Shown: piece after piece, positions 25,246-34,986 of the stretch | Numbering within the stretch: the first letter of the stretch is position 1 | How the letters are laid out: every line of letters begins with the position of its first letter | From: Azolla caroliniana | Lineage: Eukaryota > Plantae > Polypodiophyta | Length of the DNA stretch: 64,000 nucleotides | Direction: 5' to 3' | NCBI GenBank assembly: GCA_043228905.1 | Contig: JBHGNT010000005.1 | Coordinates: 19,716,001-19,780,000, forward strand | Position numbers and translations under genes: made by a program | Notes under the pieces: model-generated | What the model was told of the DNA's origin: nothing | The model's database searches: none | The model's input: only the letters and a program-made list of their open reading frames with translations

Positions 25246-28168
25246 GCCCATTTTAAACTTTCAAATGCCTTGGCTGCATTTGAACTCCATATGAATGGTT
25301 GATTTTTGTGTGTGAGTTGAGTGAGCGGAAGCATGACCTTAGAATATTTTTTAATAAATTTCCGATAAAAGTTTGCAAACCCGAGAAAACATTGCACATC
25401 GCACATTGAAAGGGGCATCTGCCACTCTAAAATTGCTTGAACCTTCATGGGGTCCATAGAAATACCATCTGATGATACAATGTACTCCAAAAATTCCACT
25501 TGATTCTGGCCGAAACTACACTTTTCTAATTTTGCATAGAAACCTTATTCTCGTAGTCGACATAGTACTTGACAAACATGTCTGCCATTCTCCTCTTGGG
25601 TCTTCGAGTAGATCAAAATGTCATCTAGGTAAACTATAGTGAAGATATTGAGAAAATTTTGAAAAATATTATTCGCCATATGCTGGAAAATTGCAGGTGC
25701 ATTCGTGAGACTGAATGACATCACAGTATACTCGAAATGTCCATAGTGAGTGCGAAAAGCAGTCTTCCATTCATCCCCCAGACGAATCCGAACTAGATTA
25801 TAGCACCACGAAGGTCCAACGTCGTGAAATATTTTGCTCCACTAAGACGTTCCAAAAGATTCGGGATTAGCGGTAGAGCATATCTAATTCTAGATGGTCA
25901 CGTTGTTTAACCCTCGATAATCCACGACCAACCGAAGAGACCCATTCTTTTTCTTAACGAAGAAGATAGGTACACCAACAGGGGATCTAGAATGCCGAAT
26001 GAATCCATTTGTGAGATTCTCGTCGATATATTCCTGCAAAGTCTCTAGCTTTACAAGGGGGAGATTATAATTTGGGTCCCATGGAGGTTCTTTCCCTGGT
26101 TGTAAGTCAATAGGGCAGTCATATGGCCGATGCTCTAGCAATGTATTGGTCTTCACCTTATCAAAGACATCGGAGAACTCTTTGTATTTCTCTGGTAGTT
26201 TAATGTGGGTCTCCTAAAAAATCCTTTTCATCCAATCAATCTTCTGGTTATGGAGTTCAAACCAAGGGAGACCTAAAACTATTGGGTGTTCGGGACTACG
26301 AATAATGTTGAAAGAGATTATGCTTGCCAAATCGCCAATAACTATATGAATTGGCTCAGACTCCTCAACTATATCACCTGATGCTATGGGACGGCCATCA
26401 ATGACTCCTACGGCTACTGGGTTTGGAACTTTATTCAAAAGGATGTTTTGTGACAATGCAAATTCACGATCCATGAAACAAGAGTTGGCTCCAGAATCTA
26501 GGAGGGCAAAGGCTAGGACTCGATGACATGTAGATGTGGTAAGCTCAACTTGTGCAAAAAAAACTCTACTCACTTGACTCAATGAAATGGAACCACGACT
26601 AGGAACTAACTCTACATATCTAGGATGGTCCAACCAAATGGCTCCTATTTTGGCCGGACTTACTCATTTAACACATCCTCTAATTGACTCAAGACATCGA
26701 ATCTATTCTCATGGCATGGACTATTAGGCTTATTTATGTTATTAGAAGTAACAATGGAACTTGAAGTAGGGATGTCATGTGCACTTACTTGGTATACTTG
26801 ACGTCTAGGTTTATGTGGACAATTCACGGCTATATGTCCTGGACCGCCACAATATAGGCATAGACGGTGCACTTGACATCGTTGCATCTCAGCATCTAAT
26901 AAAGGCCCTCGACGTTGTGTTGTCTCTATTTCCATCAGAGTTGGGTCATCCCTTGTAATGGGTCTAGTAACTTGTGGAGGGCGTTGCGACTACAGAAGCA
27001 TATGTTTGTTCCGGTTGGTGACGTAACATGTGTTGGCGCGCAAAATGCAGCTCAAATAGGCGATTATCACATCGCACGGTTCGACTAATGGCCTCTGTTA
27101 GAGACTTCGGATCTTCATGGAAAGTAAGAAGATCTTTGACATCATTACGCAAACCTTGACGGAATTGATCCATTAAGGCCACCTCATCCCAAGGGATACC
27201 GCATGCCAAAAGACGGAAATCACCTATGTAAGCCAACGTGGGACAATCTCCTTGTCGGAGCCTTCGAATTTTGTTTGTCGCCGTCCTAGTGTTGTCGGTG
27301 TCTTTGAAACTAGCTTGAAACTACTTAACAAATGCCTCAAAATCCTCCAGCAATGGTGATTTCTTCTCGAGAAGTGGTGCAAACCATGCTAATGTTGTAC
27401 CACATAGCAAGGTTCCCACTAATCCCACACAAGCAGCTTCAGTTGGGTACCGATTGGGATGTAATTAAATAACCAAACGAACTTTATTCAAGAAGCCTGA
27501 AAATAAAGACCTCGTACCATCAAACTTGGCAGGGAGGCTAATCTTTGGTTCTCGAGGGGAGTTTTGAGCCCCCGACGCTTGTTCTCGTAATGACAATATA
27601 GTAGCCTCAAGTTGATGAACCCGTTGTGATAACTCTTCATATTGTTGAGCTTTTTCGGTACTCACTTGTTGTAAGTCGCCTGGTAGCCTTTGATTTTCAT
27701 GCTCTTATGCCACAAATTTATTCGTGAGCATGTTGAGCTCAGAAAGAACACACATGTATTCCTGTTTGCTCACGGACTTCGTAACTTATGAGGGGAGAGG
27801 AGAAGAAAGAAGAGAACTTGTTGGAAGAGGGAGAAATGAGAAATTGGTTCAAACTGTCAAGACAAAGAGAAAGAGAGAGAAAGAGAGGAAAAGAGATATA
27901 GTGTTAAGATAGAAAGAGAGAATTGAAAAGAAAGTATTGTATTGCAATATAAGATGGAGTGCAAAGCGTAGACAGTAGAGAGCTATAGGATAGCGTTGAA
28001 CCAATTTGGTTTTTGGAGGATTGATAAATCCCTATTTATAAGTCCCTATAGAGTAAGGTCATTCTAGAATATAAAGTAATATAGTAGTCTAGGAGGTTCT
28101 AGCATATAGAACACTCTAGAATATTCTAGGACATTCTAGAATATAAAGTAATATAGAGACCAAGCACA
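25246..28168 (-). mobile_element. Truncated Gypsy chromovirus (Tcn1/Tf1-sushi-like): 5' LTR (~27855-28168), gag, PR and RT
   Basis: KFDGTRS..FLNKV gag, [53 protein letters not shown]. Homologous to 29216-40512. Outer LTR boundary is approximate. Confidence 0.85.
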
Positions 28169-28689
28169 TCAGCAATGAAGACAAGAAGGTAGTACTTTAT
28201 GGAATATTAAATTATCTATCAATAAAGGAGTTAGTTGATTGTGATGGTCTTAATGCAAACATAATATCTGTACTAGTAAATAATCTTTGTAATAGTTTCG
28301 TATCCATGAGTAGGCCAGAAGATGATCTTGTCTTAAAAAGGTCTAGTCTAATGATGTTACTTAATAGTGATGTTGACGATCTTAACATCAGTGTGCTATT
28401 TAAGGTAATTGGTGTTAGTAGAAAAATAGTGTACAATACAATGTACCGGATAATTTCAAGTGGTGAAAGAACTAGTTTGCTAAAGCTAACAAAAAGATGT
28501 AAGCCAATGACACCCATAACATCATAAATCAAGGATATAATCACCATATTTTGGACTAAGTTAGGGTTTCACCCAATCAGAAGGATTTATGCAGAAAACG
28601 TGTTGGAAGGAGTCAATGGAGCATCACATTCATCTTCTTGATGTACCTCAGGTATTTACATTTATCTCAACTTTTGTTTTGATTTTAAA

Positions 28690-29215
28690 GCTTAGTTAGC
28701 TGGCTAATTAGCTACATTAGAATATGATCATAGCTAACTAGCTACTAGTAATAGCTAAATAGCGATTGACAATAGCTAACCTAGCTATCATCAGCTAATT
28801 AGCTACCACAATAGCTAATTAGCTATCTCAGAATATGACCATAGCTAACTAGCTACTGGTAATAGCTAAATAGTGATTGACAATAACTAACTTAGCTATT
28901 ATCAGCTAGTTAGCTACCACAATAGCTAATTAGGTATCTCAAAATATGACCATAGCTAATTAGCTACCGTAGAATATGACCATAGCTAACTAGCTATTGG
29001 TAATAGCTAAATAGTTATTGCCAATACTAAACTAAGCTATTATTAGCTAATTAGCTACCTCCGAATATAACCATAGCTAACTAGCTATTTATATATTGCC
29101 AATAGTAAACTTAGCACTTATCAGCTAATTAGTTATTAAGAGTAACTAATTAGCTATTGACAATAGATAATTAGTTATCTTAATAGCTAATTAGCTATTG
29201 GCAATAGCTAGTTAG
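28690..29215. repeat. Satellite-like array of TAGCTAATTAGCTA palindromes (~110-bp higher-order unit)
   Basis: AGAATATGACCATAGCTAACTAGCTAC.. recurs at ~28719, 28830, 28941 and 28971. The array continues at 40513 after the Gypsy insertion. Confidence 0.85.
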
Positions 29216-30688
29216 TGTCATGATTTAGCAAGACTCGAACCCATGACCTTAGGTTATATGGGTTGAGCTCTTGACCATTATATCATCTATTGTAATACGT
29301 AGGATATTATTTTCATTTACATTTTATTATAGGAAATTAATGTATATTCCAGATTTCTCTGGAACATTCTAGACGCTTTAGGATTACTCCTGGAAACACT
29401 ATAAAAGAGGCCACTAGGCATTATGTTGAACCAAATTGGTTCAACGCCAGTCTTAAGCCTTTAGCCACCATTGTATATTCTCTTCACATAATACATATCT
29501 TTCTTATCATCACCCTCTCCCTCTCTCGATCTCTCTCTTTCTCTCTGTCTCGCTCACTTCTTCCTTCTCTCAAAGAAGTTCTACACCTCTCATAGTATTA
29601 ATCCTTCGTTTAGTACTAATTCCTTCTCTGTCTTAGTATTGTTCCTGACAGTTTGAATAAATTTGCCCTACCTTCTGTCTCTCTCATTTCCTACTAATAT
29701 CTATTCCTCTTTTCTTTCATCCTATGGCCACTGTTACCGCTGAAGAATATCAATCTGTTTTCTCGGAATTTCAATGCTTGAAAGAGAAGTTCCATGCTTT
29801 GGGACAAGAAAACCAACGGTTGCTGGGGGATCTTCAGCAAATCTCCTTAGAAAAGCACCAAACGCAACAACAACATGGGGAACTTGCGTTACGTGTGCAA
29901 CAACTTGAAGCAACCATCGTAGCGATGCAACAACAAGGGCCCGGAACACAAGGGATTCATAAAGAACCCAAGATTGGCCTTCCCATGAAGTTCGATGGAA
30001 CGTTGTCGTGAAGATTTTCATCCATAGGCGGAAAACCGAGCGAAGTAAGCAAACCCGCGATGTGCAACGTTGCACATCAAGATGTTGTATTTCTATTTGT
30101 CGATAGTGATAAGTGTGGTGCTAGAAATGCACCTTAGGATTTGTAAAGTGTAAAGGTGATGTGCTTTTGCGCGCACATCCACGTGAGAGAGAGAGATAGG
30201 TACATAGTAGTTCGTGTAGAGGTGGGAGTTAAGACCCATCCTTCCCACCTCCCCTAAAATCGAGGGAAATATCCCCATTGATTGAAGGGGGGATATTTTG
30301 TAGCACCCTTTTGTAAACGGTCTTCTCTCCTTGTGCTATAAAAGGAGAGGAAGAGCACCATTGTGGGGGTTGCCTTATTTTGGAGTGTGAGTGAGGTATA
30401 CCATTTCGTTTAGGGTTCCTTTGTTAGGGTTTCTTTTCTTCTTCGTCGGATTAGGGTTTCGGGTTTATCATAGTCGTTCGGTGCGGCCTACGCGGCCGCC
30501 ATTTTGTAATCGGGTTTCGGTTCTAATATATCTTGTTGAGCATTTGGCCTCCATCTTCCCCTTGTTCATTCTTTCTCTTCTTGTGCTAAGCTCAATTCCG
30601 AAGTCCTATTCCTTCTCCCCTTTTCCTTAGTCCAAGACCCCCGTGGTTCCGCCCTTCTCCACGCACGCGCGTAACAACGTGACATCTT

Positions 30689-30706
30689 TGGTGAACCCGA
30701 CGTGAA
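30689..30706 (+). promoter_or_regulatory. Primer-binding site complementary to the 3' 18 nt of tRNA-Trp
   Basis: TGGTGAACCCGACGTGAA, 4 nt after the LTR end, is the reverse complement of the plant tRNA-Trp 3' end ..UUCACGUCGGGUUCACCA (recalled sequence). Confidence 0.85.
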
Positions 30707-30726
30707 GGGCGGCAAGGGAGAAAGAG

Positions 30727-33700
30727 ATGGAAGAAGGCTTCGACTTCAAGGAGATGATGACAAAGATCTTGATGGACGCCGGACGGAAGAGGGCGAGGCG
30801 AGAGGCGGCTCAACAAGCGGTCGAAAGGGTGGTCCGTCTAGTCGGCCGGTTCGATGGGAAGGAGGTCCCAAAATTTTTGAGAGCCTACGATGCGGAAATG
30901 ACGAGGATGGGCGTGGACGAAGCGACGAGGCTAGAGTTCTTTCGTCGAGCGGCGGCCGCATCAAAGTACGAGGAGGTCAAGGAGCTCCAAGAAGCTCACG
31001 AATCGTGGGAGTCCTTTGAAGGGGCTCTAATGGAGGCATACGGGTGCGCGGAATCGGAGGTAAGAGGTCGGCGAGAGTTCGATCGGTGGGTGGCGTCGGC
31101 GAGGCACCATCGGAGCGCAATGGAGGCATTCCGAGAGTTCGAGCGTCGTTTCTCTCAACTCTCGGAGTGGGAACGAAGATCGGTGGGGGCGGACAAAGTC
31201 CTCCTATTTTTGGAGACGGTCCATCATGAGGAGAGGATGGACATCATGTTCGAGCTTCAAGACGATTATGGGGCGCATGGTCTCACCGAGGAGTGGCCCG
31301 AAGTGGAATGGGTGTGTCGGCAACATGAGGCGAGGCGGTCGGCCACAACACGGCCCGCGAGCGGGGGAGAAGAGAGAGCGACAACCGACTACGCCATGCC
31401 GCCGGACGAGAGCTCATCGCGAACCGGTTTGGAGGGGCCCGACCTACAAGCGCTGATACGGGAGGCGTGCGGGCTCGTAATGGCGAAAATTGAAGCCGAA
31501 GAATGGCTTATGGCGGGGTCGGGCCCGAGCGGATCGGAGGACGCGGAGGAAGGAGCTTCCTCACACATGGAGGACGGGGCCTATGCGGAGGCCGAAAGAG
31601 AATGGTACATCGGTACCACGGGAGAGGGTACGGAGCGAGCCGCCCTCTCAACATGGGGGAAAAGAACGACCGAGGACGAGGTCGGGGACGGTGAGGCGGC
31701 GATCGCCGATTCGAGCGGACATGGCGGATTCGGGACACGGTGGCCCGAATCATCGAGTACGAAGGAGACAAGCGGCGGTACCGCAACCTTCCACGCACCG
31801 GTTCGAGAGACCACGGCGGCCGGCCCGAGTGCCCGCGAGAGACCGAGGGAGAAGAACGGTGGCGGCGGCAAGGCGGGCAACCGAGACAACGGTAAGGAGA
31901 CCGCGGAAGAGGCGGCGGCAAGCATAACCGATGCTTGCATATACGGAGGTGGGGTAGCCACGGACAACGACGTCCGAGCGGAGGTGGCTACGGACATTAC
32001 ATCGACGAGCGGCGGTCCCGCGACCTTACACGCGTCATTCCTAGAGATCACGGCGGCCGGCCCGAGTGCCCGCGTAAGACCTATGGTGAAAGGCGGTGGC
32101 GGTGGCAAGGCGGGCGACCACGGCGTCGACACGAGAGAAGGTGCGGAGCAAGCGACCGTCTCATCTCGGGGAAAAAGAACGGCCATGGACGAGGCCGATA
32201 TCTACGGAGCGATGGACGCCACTTCGAGAGTGGGCGGAAGTTTCGGGACGCGGTTGCCCGAAACGTTCTACGAGGATTTCGCGAGCATACTCGAGGCTTG
32301 CGAAATGGAGGAGGAAGACGAAACGAGCGATGGTGTCGCGACCTTCCACACACCGGCCCTAGAGGCTTCGGCGGTCGGCCCGAGTGCCGGCACGAGACCT
32401 AGAGCTACGGACGGTGGCGGCGGCAAGGCGGACAACCCAGATGAGGACGAGACCGGCGAAGAAGAGGCGGCGGCAAGCATACTCGATGCTTGCGAAACCG
32501 AAGACGGGGTAGCCACGGACGACGATGTCCGAATGGAGGTGGCTACGGACGAGAGGAGTGGTGGTGTCGCGACCTTCCACACACCGGTCCTAGAAACTCC
32601 GGCACCCGGCCCGAGAGCCGGCGAGAGGCCTAGAGTGACGGACGGTGGCGGCGGCAAGGCGGGCAACCGAAACGACGACGACATGGGAGAGGGTGCGGAG
32701 CGAGCAACCCTCTCATCTTGCGGCGAATGGACGGCCAAGGATGAGGCCGGTGACTACAAAGCGGAGAGCGCCACTTCGAAAGTGGGCGGAAGATTCGGGG
32801 CACGGCGGCCCAAAACATCGAGCGGAGAGGAGGCGAGCGGTGGTGCCGCGACCTTCCACACACCGGCCCTAGAGGCTTCGGCGGTCGGCCCGAGTGCCGG
32901 CACGAGACCTAGAACGACGGGCGGTGGCGGCGGCAAGGCGGGCAAACAAAATGATGCGGAGAACGGCGAAGAAGAGGTGGTGGCAAGCATACTAGAGGCT
33001 TACGGAATCGGAGATGGGGGAGCCGCGGACAACGACGTCCGAACGAAAGCGGCTACGGAGACAACAAGCGGCGGTGCCGGGTCCTTACCCACACCAATCC
33101 TAGAGGCTCCAATGGCCGGCCCGAGTGCCGGCATGAGGCTTAGTGCGACGGGAGGTGACGGCGGCAAGGCGGGCAACGGAAACGAGAAGGAAGATCGGAG
33201 CGGACGGAGGCAAGACCCCTTGACACCGGGGCCGGAGACTTCGGCGGTTGTGCTCGAATGCCAACGTGAGACCGGAGAGATGGGCGGTGACCGTGAGGAG
33301 GTGAGGCCCGGAGAGAGCGCATACGAAGACGAGTATGCGGGGCCCGGAATGGGCGTATACGGTGGGTCCGACGGAGAGGACCGGAGCGGAAACGAGGAGA
33401 GAGTCGGGAACCGACCCGACCGGAATACGGCACGGAAGAAGAAGAGAGTAAGGGCCGGCGAATCGGGCCCAAACCGAAGGAAGCCGGCGAGACCGATTGG
33501 CCGGTTACGGTTACGGTTACGGTTACGATGGGAGCCGGTAAGCGCGAGATGGAGGCTAACCGGGCACGACGACCATGGTTCGGGGGAAAAACGGAAACAA
33601 ACGAGACCCTCCATACCCACTCTAGAGACTACGGCGGTTGCGGATCAACATGAGACCGGAGAAACGGCGGGTGGCGACGAGGAGTCGGAGGCCGGAGCGT

Positions 33701-34986
33701 ACGAGGTTACCGGAACGGATATCCGGTACGAGATGGTGGACGGGTGGGTCCAAGACGGCGAGCCCGTGTCGGAACGGGCTACGGCGACAAAGGAGGAGAA
33801 GACCGACACGGAGGTCGGGTCTACGGCGGAAGAGCGAGACGAGATGCATGCAATACGGCCGATGGAGGGCCAAGACACAAGCATGCCTACGAAGGAGCCA
33901 CATCGAGCGACCGAAGATGACGGTCGGATCACGCCTTCGAGAGGCGAATACGAGGAGGAAGGCGGCGACGACAAGACCTGGCACGATGCTAGGGAAGATT
34001 GGTGGGAAGAGGTGGCCTACGGAGAGGCTAAGACCGGCGGCCACGAAGATAAGGCCCGAGAGGGATCCTCCACACCGGCTATAGAGACTCCGGCGGTCGG
34101 CGCGAGTGCCGACGTGAGACCAAGAGTGGCGGACGGTGGCGGCGAGGGGACGAAGGCCACAACGGATGAAGGCACCGAGAGAGGCATACGGGAGGTCGCG
34201 GAGAACGAAGATGTATGCGCCCAAAAGAACGAACACGACATCACGAAGGATGTGTGCGGTCGAGCGGGCCAAGAGGGCCAAGAGGGTGTTCCTCCGAGCG
34301 AAACGGAGGTCGGGGAAGAAAGGTACCTTTCCGAAAGGGTACGCGAAGAGGAGCAGAATGCGAAACGTGCAATGCGGCCGCATGAGGGCCAAGCAACGAG
34401 CACGGGAACGATGGTATGCTCTACGGCGAGAGAGCACGGCAAGCAAAGGGAAGGTGAAAAATGCGTGATGGGGTCATCGAAGGACCGAAGCACGAGCACG
34501 CATTCGGAGGACGACACCGACGTACGGGGAAAGCCTACGGAAGGCAAGCGCGGAGCGAGAAGAGTCGGCACGACGAGGTGCGCGGCACGAAAAAGGCGGA
34601 TCCGGAGGATATGCGAGGCGGACAAAGGGTCGGCAATGGCATTCGGGAGGACCGATCGGGGAAGAAAGCGCAGGCATCGGAAACGGCGGTCCGGATGTAG
34701 ACGGTGGTTCGAAGAAACACGGTGGACGTGGCGGATCGGGTGGAGGCAACGACTCGGCGAACGTCGTCAAGTGTGGCGGATCGGACGGAGCCGACGGTTC
34801 GAGACCATTCGGCGGAGATGGTGGGCCGGAAGGCGACGGTGGTTCGTGTGGACGGGGTGGACTTGCTCGAAGTGGAAGACAAAGCCGGGCAAGCCCACGA
34901 GGTTGTCAAGGGCTCGGTTGGCCGCCTTGGCCGAAAATCTCGCGTTTTGTTCCCCTTTTGGCACATACCGGTGGATGTGCGGTTAG
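30727..34986 (+). CDS. 1419-aa Gag-like protein with acidic tandem repeats and an Arg/Trp-rich C-terminal tail
   Basis: N-terminal ~200 aa is capsid-like (GRFDGKEVPKFLRAY..WESFEGALMEAY..FREFERRF). Repeats SGGxATFHxPxLExxAxGPSA..GGGGKAG follow. No PR, RT, RNase H or IN motifs; the stop overlaps the PPT. Confidence 0.8.
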   Translation: MEEGFDFKEMMTKILMDAGRKRARREAAQQAVERVVRLVGRFDGKEVPKFLRAYDAEMTRMGVDEATRLEFFRRAAAASKYEEVKELQEAHESWESFEGALMEAYGCAESEVRGRREFDRWVASARHHRSAMEAFREFERRFSQLSEWERRSVGADKVLLFLETVHHEERMDIMFELQDDYGAHGLTEEWPEVEWVCRQHEARRSATTRPASGGEERATTDYAMPPDESSSRTGLEGPDLQALIREACGLVMAKIEAEEWLMAGSGPSGSEDAEEGASSHMEDGAYAEAEREWYIGTTGEGTERAALSTWGKRTTEDEVGDGEAAIADSSGHGGFGTRWPESSSTKETSGGTATFHAPVRETTAAGPSARERPREKNGGGGKAGNRDNGKETAEEAAASITDACIYGGGVATDNDVRAEVATDITSTSGGPATLHASFLEITAAGPSARVRPMVKGGGGGKAGDHGVDTREGAEQATVSSRGKRTAMDEADIYGAMDATSRVGGSFGTRLPETFYEDFASILEACEMEEEDETSDGVATFHTPALEASAVGPSAGTRPRATDGGGGKADNPDEDETGEEEAAASILDACETEDGVATDDDVRMEVATDERSGGVATFHTPVLETPAPGPRAGERPRVTDGGGGKAGNRNDDDMGEGAERATLSSCGEWTAKDEAGDYKAESATSKVGGRFGARRPKTSSGEEASGGAATFHTPALEASAVGPSAGTRPRTTGGGGGKAGKQNDAENGEEEVVASILEAYGIGDGGAADNDVRTKAATETTSGGAGSLPTPILEAPMAGPSAGMRLSATGGDGGKAGNGNEKEDRSGRRQDPLTPGPETSAVVLECQRETGEMGGDREEVRPGESAYEDEYAGPGMGVYGGSDGEDRSGNEERVGNRPDRNTARKKKRVRAGESGPNRRKPARPIGRLRLRLRLRWEPVSARWRLTGHDDHGSGEKRKQTRPSIPTLETTAVADQHETGETAGGDEESEAGAYEVTGTDIRYEMVDGWVQDGEPVSERATATKEEKTDTEVGSTAEERDEMHAIRPMEGQDTSMPTKEPHRATEDDGRITPSRGEYEEEGGDDKTWHDAREDWWEEVAYGEAKTGGHEDKAREGSSTPAIETPAVGASADVRPRVADGGGEGTKATTDEGTERGIREVAENEDVCAQKNEHDITKDVCGRAGQEGQEGVPPSETEVGEERYLSERVREEEQNAKRAMRPHEGQATSTGTMVCSTAREHGKQREGEKCVMGSSKDRSTSTHSEDDTDVRGKPTEGKRGARRVGTTRCAARKRRIRRICEADKGSAMAFGRTDRGRKRRHRKRRSGCRRWFEETRWTWRIGWRQRLGERRQVWRIGRSRRFETIRRRWWAGRRRWFVWTGWTCSKWKTKPGKPTRLSRARLAALAENLAFCSPFGTYRWMCG

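Noticed and set aside
29216-29290. Functional tRNA gene
   Set aside because: Acceptor and anticodon stems do not pair; kept only as a tRNA-like LTR module.
30727-34986. Env-like gene or captured host gene
   Set aside because: No signal peptide or TM segment; sits in the gag position right after the PBS with a capsid-like N-terminus.
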